Assembly (NCBI GenBank): GCA_003707115.1
Contig: PPNB01000015.1
Location: 186,001-206,670 of the forward strand
Length of the DNA stretch: 20,670 nucleotides
Reading direction: 5' to 3'
Source: Tortispora ganteri
Taxonomy: Eukaryota
Each line of letters opens with the position of its first letter. Position 1 is the stretch's first letter. The translations under genes were made by a program, and so were the position numbers. Under the pieces are notes generated by a model. That model was not told the origin of the DNA and did no database searches. It saw nothing but the letters and a program-made list of their open reading frames with translations. Positions 1 to 9,387 of this stretch are shown here, in pieces.

Positions 1-636
1 AAACGACGCTTTAGGCGTGACAATTCCAGCACTGAATCGACTCTTAGGTTTGACAATATCTTTGTATTTTGGAGTGTATTTAGGTACAGTTACAGGACTG
101 TTTCCTAGTGCTGAATGAATATTTGTAGATGTGTTGGATGCTTCAGTGTGTTGCATTGTAACCGGTGTGCGAATGTCTTCAGCGAGATGTTCATTAGAAA
201 TAACGCTCGGATACGTTATTGCACTGGTTGGCGTATAAGGATTAGCAATAGGCGTTCCTAAAGTAGGAATTCCAGTCGCTTGTCGGATTAAAGACATTAC
301 TCCTTCAGTTTCGATATCAGTTAGGGGTCTATCGCCGTTCTCACGAAAAAATTCCGCCAACTTTTGCGATGGAGAACCTGAAGAGCTTCGCCTAGACGGA
401 GAAAAATAATCACTACTAATTCCGCTTTTCTTTACAGGAGTATGTACGTCCTCAGTTTCCTCAGATTTAGATTCTGCATTGGATATCCATTTAGCGGGCG
501 TTAACAGGGCCTTTACTCTCGACATTAAACCACCATGTGATCTTCTCGGAACAGGGGTATTTTGACCAGGCTTGCTTGAATAAGGTGTAAATCCCGATCC
601 AGGTCCTTGCCTCCGTTGAGAAGGAATTTTTGGCAT
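1..636 (-). CDS. NUP60: Nuclear basket nucleoporin Nup60, N-terminal 212 codons (gene continues past the left edge)
   Basis: Manual translation: ATG at 636-634, preceded by an in-frame TAG three codons upstream, and open to base 1. Reads MPKIPSQRRQGPGSGFTPYSSKPGQNTPVPRRSHGGLMSRVKALLTPAKW...SQKLAEFFRENGDRPLTDIETEGVMSLIRQA...PKYTPKY. The KLAEFF...PLTDIETEGVMSL segment resembles the Nup60 helical region (S. cerevisiae KLANFFSKKGNEPLSEIEIEGVMSLL, recalled). GLMSRVKALLT fits the N-terminal amphipathic helix. Confidence 0.85.
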   Translation of the reverse strand, partial: MPKIPSQRRQGPGSGFTPYSSKPGQNTPVPRRSHGGLMSRVKALLTPAKWISNAESKSEETEDVHTPVKKSGISSDYFSPSRRSSSGSPSQKLAEFFRENGDRPLTDIETEGVMSLIRQATGIPTLGTPIANPYTPTSAITYPSVISNEHLAEDIRTPVTMQHTEASNTSTNIHSALGNSPVTVPKYTPKYKDIVKPKSRFSAGIVTPKASF

Positions 637-789
637 CTCGAACTAACAAATGTAGATGAAAGTGTCCAACTATATGAAGTCCATTAAAAATACGCACAAA
701 ATGTGATATGATGTAGGTTTGTTATTGAATTAGAACTTAGCTTTTGTTTTGGCTTTATTTAGTTTTAGCAACATATTAAAGTTGTATCA

Positions 790-863
790 GGGCATGTGGC
801 GCAGTTGGTAGTCGCGCCAGTTTTGCATACTGGAGGTCTCCGGTTCAAACCCGGACTTGTCCA
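790..863 (+). tRNA. tRNA-Ala, anticodon TGC (824-826), intronless
   Basis: Cloverleaf: acceptor GGGCATG/CTTGTCC with the G3:U70 Ala identity pair and a U6-U67 mismatch; D arm GCGC-AGTTGGTAG-TCGC; anticodon stem CCAGT/ACTGG with loop TT-TGC-AT; T arm TCCGG-TTCAAAC-CCGGA; discriminator A863. Confidence 0.95.
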
Positions 864-865
864 AA

Positions 866-880
866 TTTTTTTTTTTTTTT
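866..880 (+). terminator. Pol III oligo(dT) terminator (T15) of the tRNA gene
   Basis: 15 consecutive T starting 3 nt after the discriminator base. Confidence 0.85.
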
Positions 881-1004
881 GGCTGATTCATTTCTTTGTT
901 TATTATATGTGAGAAAAGAAACGTGTTTAATATTTTTATAACAGTAATAATAGAAACTGCACATGTCATATCATGCTAAATTTATACGTATACTAGATAG
1001 CAAA

Positions 1005-4000
1005 TCATGTAGAAAAACTGAATGCTGATCGACACAACGGACATGTAGAGTTATTAGATGATTTGAACCATTTGTATAAGCAAATAGCATGGAACTTATG
1101 CTTGCAGGTAACGCATCGCTTGTTTGGCAAACTGAGGTCTTGCTGTAGAACCATATAGCAAATAGCACACTCTTCAACACCTTCAAAATGTAAGGATATG
1201 TTCCTCTTGAACAATATAAGTGAATCAGAAATCGAGCTGTTTTGCGTATTAACAATAGCTTGTGAGGCAAGTATCCAAGCCCTCCATTGCTTTTCCTTCA
1301 CCGCGAGCCTTTTCGATCCAGATATAGTCATCTCTTGTAAAGGGTAAGCACCTGGAAGTGTCACTTTAATTTCCATATTCTGCTCGTCGATACTGAACTC
1401 AGCCAGTACCTCACGTACAGTTTTCAGCATTTTAACTTTCATGGATATTTGACCGGAATTGAACTCTGAAGATGCTTGTTTGATCTTAGCGTATTCCGCA
1501 TCGAGTATGCTGTCAGAGAAAAACTTCTCTGTAAAGCTGAGCACAGCATCACGCAGTTGTCTGTTATTCAATTCTCTCCACCAGTATTTAGCTTCAGACG
1601 GACAATAAATCAAGCATTTATAATAAAGGCGTAATATACTTCCTATGAAGCCATCTTTTATGTCCAATTCGTCGACAATACTACTGATTAACGGCAAGTC
1701 CTTGGTAGAGTTTAGAATGTTCAAGCGTGACACGGCAAAATTGAGCATATTTGCAATATACCCAGTACCTTTTAGACTATTCAATAAGTCATTGCGTATC
1801 TTGTAGGTGGTTGATTCAAAATGATCAAATATGAGGTGGAAAGCACCTACATATGATATTTCTTCGTAAGAAGGTTCCTTCTCCGATTCCATAATTTGTG
1901 GTGCTTGCGTTACAAAGGAAACAAGTTCAACAGGAAGCTCAACACTAACGCTTTGGTCCGATTGCAAAGCTGCTTCAATTGCTATGGCTTCCCTATCTCG
2001 AACTATCTGGTTATGAAGTAGGATTAAAGCGGCTCTCTGTAGTGGCCAGGAATCTAGTCCCAGAATGGGATATACCATAGCCATATCCAAGTCAACTTTT
2101 GGCGCAATTTCAAGAACCAGTTGAGACAATAGTTGATCTCGAATCTCTGTATCAACACTAAATTCTGTATAAGAAGGGGATTTGTAGAACATATCAAGAA
2201 TATCAGAAGATACGCTTTCATTTACCTCTTCCCAGATATCAGATAAATCTTCGTGTTGTTTAGCTATTCTCGCTAAGATTCTGTAAATTCTGAAACTGCA
2301 CCATGCCAATGGAATCAAATCTAGAGATTGCATTTCTGCACAAAGAGTGATACTTTCTGATATATAGTCTGAAATAGCATGGAACGTCCTTGATGGTATA
2401 TAGTCCTCTTTGATTAAAGAACATAAAAGAAAACTGGAAGAAACTCTTGCTTTAATGTCGTCCACATCTAATTCATCAGCTTTAAGCGCATGTTCTATAA
2501 TCATGAGATATCTGTTCTGTGCAAACAACTGTGATGTTTCATTTGTAGAGACAAGAAATGCAAGACAGGTGGATGTAAATACGTACTCCTGTAAATCATC
2601 TGTATATACACGCAAAAATCGTTCCGCTATCCTATTCCTGCAAATTTTAACGGCTTCAGGGACCACTGAAAGTGCAGAAATGATTTTAGCAAGAGAAACA
2701 GAACGAAGAATATGAGTACCAGAAAATTCATGTGATTCATAAAACTCTGAAGCTTCAGGTTCGGTCCAGTTAATTGCTTTAGAAGAAATACTAGCAGCAT
2801 AAGCTCTGTTAAAATAGTAAGAAGTGGTAGAATTCCCATCTAAATGTTGCTGCAAGTACTCAAGTACACCTTCCGATACAAGAGGAAAGATCGTGCTTTG
2901 GACGTAAGTAATAAACTGTAGAATGTTTGTAGTCCATTCTCTATGAGACATGGCAGAGATGGACAGAGCACTAACTGCACCTGAGTTCAGTATATCGGAT
3001 ACAAACTCAACTATTACTAACAACTGAGAGACAAGGACATCATCCAGAGTGAAATTTTTGTCAAAATGTTCAGAAGATATCACACTAGTAGTGTACATAG
3101 CAATTAAAAGAAGTTTTCCGTCGGTCCATTGATTATTATGCTCTTTCGATTCACATAAATACAACGCTGAGCCCAACGAAGAAGAAAGTACAGTAGATGG
3201 AGGTACCAAGAAAGAGTCAATATCAGACCACGCACTTTTCCAATCTGATGGAGTAAACGAAAGAGCATCAAAGAGCTCTTTTGAAGAAATTGAACCATCC
3301 TGGAGTGTATCAAGTAAGGAAAAAATGCGGTCCAGCCCAATATCAAAAGGTTTAGAGGAAAGAATATCAGATTTTATCTGACTCCCTATAGATTCAATTA
3401 GTGGTAGATCAATAGGTTTGTCAGATCTATTTAGTTGAGAGGTAACAAAATCAGAAATAGTCTGAATGCTGCGAGATGACGCTGTTTTAGAAGAAACATC
3501 CCATATGTAACTAGTAAACGAGCTAGCAGTTTTTGAAATCAATACTTTTTTGGCTAATAATTGATCATTTGTGATGACATTCTCCATTATATCAGCGAAC
3601 ACCGTGTACAAGGCTCCTTCTTCAGAGCAGCGTGTATATATCCGCAGCAATAAGCTCAACACTGAGTCTTGATTTAAGAACTTTTTGTCAATCAAAATAA
3701 TAGACTTTGCGACTTCTGATAGTTTGGATACATCTATTGTATCAACAATATGTAATAAAGAGGGGTAGAGATCTAGCTGATCAGTATCCAGATTAATGGA
3801 ACTAAACAAAGCTGATATTTTAGAGACTGAGGAAAGGTATGAGGGATCGGATTTCAGTTTAGAGAAAGATTCTTCGACGAGATTCAAACGGTATTCGGGA
3901 TCATGGTCCAAAGTGACAATAGATTCCAGTAACTTAAGATCAGGTGTATCTGAGTTCAAAGATTGGTTAGCTTTTTGGCGGAATATTTCTTTGTGGTCTT

Positions 4001-5441
4001 CGTATATCTGCTCATTTCCAGTGAGGATTGCAATGGCAGTTTCACTAATTGATCCTTTAGTAATCATACCTGTTAATACATTATCCAAGGAGAATAACAT
4101 TTCAGGGTGTTGTTGCGATAAAACTCCAAGAAAGAATGCAATATTTTTGAATCTAGATTCATCTTCAATTTCATCAAGTAGTAGTTCAAAAGTTCTTTCA
4201 GCAAGCTTTGGTTGGTTATTCCAAAAGGAATTGAACTCAGCGGCCACGTTTCGAGCTTCTTTGGTAGATATTTTAGATAGATTCTTCGAGAGTTTTGAAG
4301 CGAGAAGTTTGGCAAATTTATTGACAGAGTCAGGTTCGGAATTAGTGACACAAGTGATTATAACAAAGAGGAGTTTCCATGATATTGATGAAGAGAGCTT
4401 GTCAAAGTAGAAGTTGTCAGAGATAATTTTAGAATAGCTATCAGTTGATATAGAACTCTGAGGCAATTTAGTTATTAAATCAATAATGCAGCGCCTTAAG
4501 GGATCGTCTATTCCCTGTATTTTAGAAAGAAAACGAAACAATTGCGGCAAAAGTGACTTTTTAGGATTCTCTTCATTTGTGTGCCATATATTAGATGCTT
4601 TACACGAAAGCACAATTAAGAAACGGATTAAATAAGAAGCGTATGCAGCTGAAGATTCAGATGAGAAGCATTTTCGGAGCATTTTACTTATATCAGATGT
4701 ATGTAAAGATAAAATCTCTGTATAATTATCGGCAATATAAGTAAGAAAAGGTAAAAATGATCTGAGAATACCATAATCTATATAAGAAGAGAGAGCCCAG
4801 AATCTGTCAGACTGTAAGCAATTTTGTAGAGCAGTAGTTGCAATGGGTAAAAGCTTTTCAGGAAGAAAAGATAAAAGATAAGTAAAAAGAGACATTGCTT
4901 CAGTGGAAATAAGGACAAATTTTAAGAACGATTCATCTTTAGAGATAATTCGAGGGTCAGATAGCGACTCGGGCGATTCTATTGTAAGAACATCCAGGCA
5001 GTAATCAGATATTTCTTGAGCATATGCAAGCCATAATTTTTGAATTTTCTCAGAAGAGAAAGCCAGTTCGAGTGAAGATTTAGCGGATCGAGCTACAGTT
5101 TTGTCTGTGTCGTATGATCCAGCCAACCAGTGAGAGATAGTTCTCTTTAAGTAAGGCAGTGACTGCTTGTTTGCACTAGATATGAGTTTACCATGTATTA
5201 TATGACTAATAGATCTGACTTTCTTACTTTTATCAATGCATAGCCTAGTGTATAGCGTACACCAGGCGTCTAATAAAGGGATAACATCATAAGGCTGATC
5301 TAGATGCTTTTGAAGAGTCACAAGGGCTTTCTCTTTAGTAGTTTCGTCTTTCTTCATAAGATTCTTCAAAACCACAACTGTTGATGGAGGTATTTCATCA
5401 AATGATGGAGGTATATATACATAAGAAAGGCCAAAATCCAT
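1005..5441 (-). CDS. RKR1: E3 ubiquitin ligase Listerin/Ltn1 (ribosome quality control), 1478 aa
   Basis: N-terminal Listerin motif LKNLMKKDETTKEKAL, long helical middle region, RWD-like EIKVTLPGAYPL and WRAWIL segments, and C-terminal RING FEGVEECAICY...CVTCKHKFHAICLYKWFKSSNNSTCPLCR. Start context aaaacaATG. Confidence 0.96.
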   Translation of the reverse strand: MDFGLSYVYIPPSFDEIPPSTVVVLKNLMKKDETTKEKALVTLQKHLDQPYDVIPLLDAWCTLYTRLCIDKSKKVRSISHIIHGKLISSANKQSLPYLKRTISHWLAGSYDTDKTVARSAKSSLELAFSSEKIQKLWLAYAQEISDYCLDVLTIESPESLSDPRIISKDESFLKFVLISTEAMSLFTYLLSFLPEKLLPIATTALQNCLQSDRFWALSSYIDYGILRSFLPFLTYIADNYTEILSLHTSDISKMLRKCFSSESSAAYASYLIRFLIVLSCKASNIWHTNEENPKKSLLPQLFRFLSKIQGIDDPLRRCIIDLITKLPQSSISTDSYSKIISDNFYFDKLSSSISWKLLFVIITCVTNSEPDSVNKFAKLLASKLSKNLSKISTKEARNVAAEFNSFWNNQPKLAERTFELLLDEIEDESRFKNIAFFLGVLSQQHPEMLFSLDNVLTGMITKGSISETAIAILTGNEQIYEDHKEIFRQKANQSLNSDTPDLKLLESIVTLDHDPEYRLNLVEESFSKLKSDPSYLSSVSKISALFSSINLDTDQLDLYPSLLHIVDTIDVSKLSEVAKSIILIDKKFLNQDSVLSLLLRIYTRCSEEGALYTVFADIMENVITNDQLLAKKVLISKTASSFTSYIWDVSSKTASSRSIQTISDFVTSQLNRSDKPIDLPLIESIGSQIKSDILSSKPFDIGLDRIFSLLDTLQDGSISSKELFDALSFTPSDWKSAWSDIDSFLVPPSTVLSSSLGSALYLCESKEHNNQWTDGKLLLIAMYTTSVISSEHFDKNFTLDDVLVSQLLVIVEFVSDILNSGAVSALSISAMSHREWTTNILQFITYVQSTIFPLVSEGVLEYLQQHLDGNSTTSYYFNRAYAASISSKAINWTEPEASEFYESHEFSGTHILRSVSLAKIISALSVVPEAVKICRNRIAERFLRVYTDDLQEYVFTSTCLAFLVSTNETSQLFAQNRYLMIIEHALKADELDVDDIKARVSSSFLLCSLIKEDYIPSRTFHAISDYISESITLCAEMQSLDLIPLAWCSFRIYRILARIAKQHEDLSDIWEEVNESVSSDILDMFYKSPSYTEFSVDTEIRDQLLSQLVLEIAPKVDLDMAMVYPILGLDSWPLQRAALILLHNQIVRDREAIAIEAALQSDQSVSVELPVELVSFVTQAPQIMESEKEPSYEEISYVGAFHLIFDHFESTTYKIRNDLLNSLKGTGYIANMLNFAVSRLNILNSTKDLPLISSIVDELDIKDGFIGSILRLYYKCLIYCPSEAKYWWRELNNRQLRDAVLSFTEKFFSDSILDAEYAKIKQASSEFNSGQISMKVKMLKTVREVLAEFSIDEQNMEIKVTLPGAYPLQEMTISGSKRLAVKEKQWRAWILASQAIVNTQNSSISDSLILFKRNISLHFEGVEECAICYMVLQQDLSLPNKRCVTCKHKFHAICLYKWFKSSNNSTCPLCRSAFSFST

Positions 5442-5546
5442 TGTTTTTAAAAATAAATATATGTCGAAGTATAAAAAAGAAATAAAAAGTAGAAATCTTA
5501 TATGTGCTTATCCCATTAGTAAAACCAACTTAACAACTAACCAACC
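5442..5546. promoter_or_regulatory. Very short AT-rich bidirectional promoter between RKR1 and RAD3
   Basis: Only 105 bp separate the divergent ATGs at 5441 (-) and 5547 (+). Confidence 0.7.
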
Positions 5547-8041
5547 ATGAAGTAAGTAATCACCTTAAATCAAACAAAAACTTATGTGTTATTCTAACAT
5601 TTTATAGATTTTATATTGATGATCTCCCTATACTATTTCCATATCCTCGGATATACCCAGGTAAGTGTGTGGTGTAATAACGTGGTGCTTGGTAAGTCAT
5701 TCCACTAACATTTCTAGAACAGTACAAGTATATGGTCGATCTGAAGAAAACACTCGATAGTGACGGCAACTGTATACTGGAAATGCCTTCTGGTACAGGA
5801 AAGACAATTACTCTATTGTCTTTGACCATTGCATACCAGATGCACAATGCAGATCATCGAAAGATTGTATACTGTTCGCGAACTATGAGTGAGATCGAGA
5901 AAGCTCTAGTGGAGCTCAAAAAGCTTATGAAATATCGTGAGACAGAATTAGGTCATAAGGAGGATTTCAGAGGTCTTGGACTGACAAGTAGAAAGAACTT
6001 ATGTTTACATCCTAACGTGAAGAAAGAGAAAAAAGGCACAATTGTCGACGAGAAATGCAGAAGCATGACATCGGGCGCAGCTAAAGCGAAAATAGCAGCT
6101 GGAATGCAGGCATCACTCTGCGAATACCACGAAAATTTATACGATTTAGATCAGCATGACTTAATACCTAACGGCGTCTGGACTTTTGAAGAATTGCTGG
6201 CATATGGTGAACAAAGCAAAAGATGTCCGTACTTCACAGTTCGAAGAATGATCTCGTACTGTAATATTATAATCTACTCATTTCATTACCTTCTTGATCC
6301 TAAAATTGCTGAAAGAGTTTCAAAAGAGCTCTCAAAAGACTGTATTGTCATCTTTGATGAGGCTCATAATATAGACAATGTCTGTATTGAATCCCTCAGC
6401 ATAGATATCACAGAAAACACCTTACAGAAGGCATCACATGGTGTGCAGAAATTAGGTGAGACTATTGACGAAATTAAAATTTCTGATTCACAAAGGCTGC
6501 AAGATGAGTACGAAAAACTTGTTCGTGGTCTGAGAGAAGCTGACGAAGCAAGACAAGAAGATGCTTTCCTCGCTAACCCCGTGTTACCGGACGATATTCT
6601 TACAGAAGCAATCCCCGGGAATATGCGCCGTGCTGAGCATTTTATTAGCTTTTTAAAAAGGTTCATAGAATATCTTAAAACTCGCATGAAAGTATTGCAT
6701 GTGGTATCCGAGACTCCAGGCTCATTTTTGCAACATCTCAAAGAACTCACTTATATCGAAAGGAAACCTCTTAGATTTTGTTCTGAACGATTGTCTTATC
6801 TTGTACGGTCTTTAGAACTTACAGATGTTGAGGAGTATACTTCTCTTAAGGAAATTGTTATTTTTGCAACGTTAGTTGCTACATACGAAAAAGGGTTCCG
6901 CTTAATCCTGGAACCATACGAATCGGACACCGCTACTGTGCCTAATCCTATCTTGCGCTTTGCATGTCTTGATGCCTCAATTGCTATTAAGCCGATTTTT
7001 GAACGATTCAGATCTGTCATTATCACATCCGGTACTATTTCCCCACTTGACATGTACCCTAAGATGCTGAATTTCACGACTGTGATTCAAGAGTCATACA
7101 GCATGTCTCTTGCGCGCAGATCTTTCCTGCCTATGATTGTCACAAAAGGTGCAGATCAGGTTGCAATTAGTTCGCGGTTTGAAATTCGTAATGATCCGAG
7201 CGTTGTTCGCAACTACGGCAATATTCTTATTGAATACTCGAAGATCACACCTGACGGATTTGTGGTGTTCTTCCCCAGTTATCTCTATATGGAAAGTATC
7301 ATCAGTCAGTGGCAGACTATGGGTGTACTTGATGAAGTTTGGAAACACAAGCTCATTCTTGTGGAAACACCGGACAGTCAGGAAACGAGTTTAGCGCTAG
7401 AAATCTACCGCAAAGCATGTTGTAATGGCAGAGGAGCAGTACTACTATCAGTAGCGCGAGGAAAAGTGTCTGAAGGGGTTGATTTTGACCATCACTATGG
7501 ACGTACAGTATTAATGATAGGTGTTCCGTTTCAATATACGGAGTCGCGCATATTGAAGGCCAGATTGGAGTTTTTACGAGACAATTTTCACATTAGAGAG
7601 AATGATTTTCTTTCATTTGATGCCATGAGACATGCAGCGCAATGTTTAGGTCGTGTTCTACGTGGTAAAGACGACTATGGAGTGATGGTCCTGGCGGATA
7701 GAAGGTTCGCGAGAAAAAGAAATCAACTACCTAAATGGATTAACCAAGCATTATTGGATTCAGAATCCAATCTATCTACGGATATGTCATTGACCAATGC
7801 TAAGAAGTTTCTTAGAGCGATGGCACAGCCGACTAATTCTGAAGACCAAGAAGGAATTAGTGTGTGGACTTTAGAGCATTTAAAGGAATATCAAGAAAAA
7901 TCCAAGATTCATCCTATTGTCACTGAGACAGCAGAAGAGGAAAACAAGTCTGTATTGCCGAAGGATGTGGCAATGTGGGATGTTGATTTAGACGACTTGG
8001 ATTCGTTAGATGATGAAGATTTTGCAATGACATCAGATTGA
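5547..8041 (+). CDS. RAD3: TFIIH 5'-3' DNA helicase XPD/Rad3, 793 aa; exons 5547-5551, 5608-5660, 5718-8041
   Basis: Splicing two introns restores the conserved N-terminus MKFYIDDLPILFPYPRIYPEQYKYMVDLKKTLD. Contains Walker A EMPSGTGKT, DEAH box, four Fe-S cysteines (LCLHP, EKCR, LCEY, CPYF), VARGKVSEG and QCLGRVLRGKDDYG. The ORF track start at 5732 is an internal Met. Confidence 0.97.
5552..5607 (+). other. RAD3 intron 1 (56 nt)
   Basis: GTAAGT donor at 5552, branch point TTCTAAC near 5592-5598, TAG acceptor ending 5607. Joins ATG AA|A TTT TAT ATT. Confidence 0.92.
5661..5717 (+). other. RAD3 intron 2 (57 nt)
   Basis: CAG|GTAAGT donor at 5661, branch point CACTAAC near 5703-5709, TAG acceptor ending 5717. 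Joins CCA G|AA CAG TAC (P-E-Q-Y). Confidence 0.92.
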
Positions 8042-8929
8042 ATCTGAGTGAGGATATGAAGACAGCAAAGATTGAGCAGTTGGACGGTGAGATCTGGAGT
8101 ACTTGAGGCACGATGCGACAAGATTTTGAACATGAATTGGCATTGCACTTAGGTAGTCTTTAATTGGAGTGTATTGCACTGATTTAGGGTTGATATATGG
8201 CATATAATTGGTGTGTGAGATTTCAGGCCAGTCTTCCTCAGTAGGAGGACCAAGAGAACCGAAGATTGTTGCAATGAGTTGTATATCGGAGATATTCTCG
8301 TTTTCCGAGGAAGTGAAAAGCGGAGCTTTAAGGGCTAAGAATGCTACAGTACAACCCAATTGCCAAATATCCAAAGACTGATCGTAAGTGAAACCAAATA
8401 GCAGCTCCGGTGCGCGATATACGGAAGTGGAGACGTCGCATACTTTTGGACCGGATTTGTAGGCTGTGCTAAAGTCGGCAAGATACAATGGTCCAAGAGG
8501 CCCGTCTACTAAAATATTGTCTGGCTTTATATCACGATGTATGATGCCTTGGGAATGTATATATGTTATAGCATCCAGCAGTTGGTAGACGAGCGGATTG
8601 TAGTTCCAGTTACCAGATGCGTGTTGAACAAGCTTTTTAAGTGTGAATGGTATATATGGCATAATAGTAATAACTTCATCTTCTTCATCAACAAATGAAT
8701 AAATACATTTGATAATATTCGGGTGAGAAAAGGATGAAAGCAATGCTGCTTCTTGACGAAAATCGTGAGGTTGCGGTGATCGCCAGCTGCGCTTAAGGGC
8801 CACTCGCTGATCGATATTAAACTGTTTTAAAGAAGCCCTTGCATCAAATACACTTGATAAAGGTGAACGGTATATTTCTTTATGCAGGATGAACGTCAAA
8901 TCGCCATGTTTCACTTCTTGTAATGACAT
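8033..8929 (-). CDS. CAK1: Monomeric CDK-activating kinase, Cak1/Csk1 family, 298 aa
   Basis: Kinase motifs VALK, HRDIKPDNIL, DFS (for DFG) and DVSTSVYRAPELLFG. It lacks the GxGxxG loop and has PQPHD and GPLYLADFS segments, hallmarks of fungal Cak1/Csk1. First ATG is at 8929; the track's 8932 start is a TTG. Confidence 0.8.
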   Translation of the reverse strand: MSLQEVKHGDLTFILHKEIYRSPLSSVFDARASLKQFNIDQRVALKRSWRSPQPHDFRQEAALLSSFSHPNIIKCIYSFVDEEDEVITIMPYIPFTLKKLVQHASGNWNYNPLVYQLLDAITYIHSQGIIHRDIKPDNILVDGPLGPLYLADFSTAYKSGPKVCDVSTSVYRAPELLFGFTYDQSLDIWQLGCTVAFLALKAPLFTSSENENISDIQLIATIFGSLGPPTEEDWPEISHTNYMPYINPKSVQYTPIKDYLSAMPIHVQNLVASCLKYSRSHRPTAQSLLSSYPHSDSI

Positions 8930-9387
8930 CAAGGACCTTTTTTTTTGTAGAGATAATAAAGGTATATACTTACTCTATTAAAACCTTATTGCGGCGCATT
9001 TGTCCCAAATAATGACTATATTGCCAAATGTAGCTGGCTTTTTTCCCTTTCTTCCTCCCCTTACTCCCGAGACCAGCCCTTAAGTATTGATCAATAGCGG
9101 ATTTTATCTGTACATTATACTGTTTGTTGATCACTGCTGAATTTGGCTTGATCTCCCTTTTTTATTTATTTTAAAAAACTGACAAAGGAAAAAGCCGCGC
9201 TTCAATATCTAGAAGTGCAATCGAACGACTTACTCATTACATCTTTTCCCCGCGGAACAACCCTCCCGACCTGTCCGCGATCCTCATAACAGAACGCGCC
9301 AATTCTGTCAATTATCCCGATCCAATCTCTTCTATAGTAGAAATATTTGAATTCTAAGTTTCTTTTGAACTCCCGATTTTTGAAGAA

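Noticed and set aside
199..220. Hairpin AATAACG-N8-CGTTATT
   Set aside because: A 7-bp stem inside the NUP60 CDS; expected by chance.
491..969. Short minus-strand ORFs 491-697 and 787-969
   Set aside because: The first is out of frame with the real NUP60 CDS; the second is the antisense of the tRNA and its T tract.
3796..4410. 204-aa plus-strand ORF, and other antisense or alternate-frame ORFs inside RKR1, RAD3, SYP1, CYS2, the ligase and JEN
   Set aside because: They lie within well-supported CDSs and have no recognisable motifs; expected shadow ORFs.
5732..5790. Possible CUG codon reassignment (Ser or Ala), prompted by the nearby tRNA-Ala
   Set aside because: The anticodon is TGC, not CAG, and CTG falls at conserved hydrophobic positions in Rad3 (DLKK, ILEMPSG), consistent with the standard code.
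9084..9187. Possible SYP1 5' UTR intron (GTATTG...ACTGAC...AAAG)
   Set aside because: Donor, branch point and acceptor all deviate from the GTAAGT/CTAAC/TAG seen in the RAD3 introns; unsupported without RNA data.
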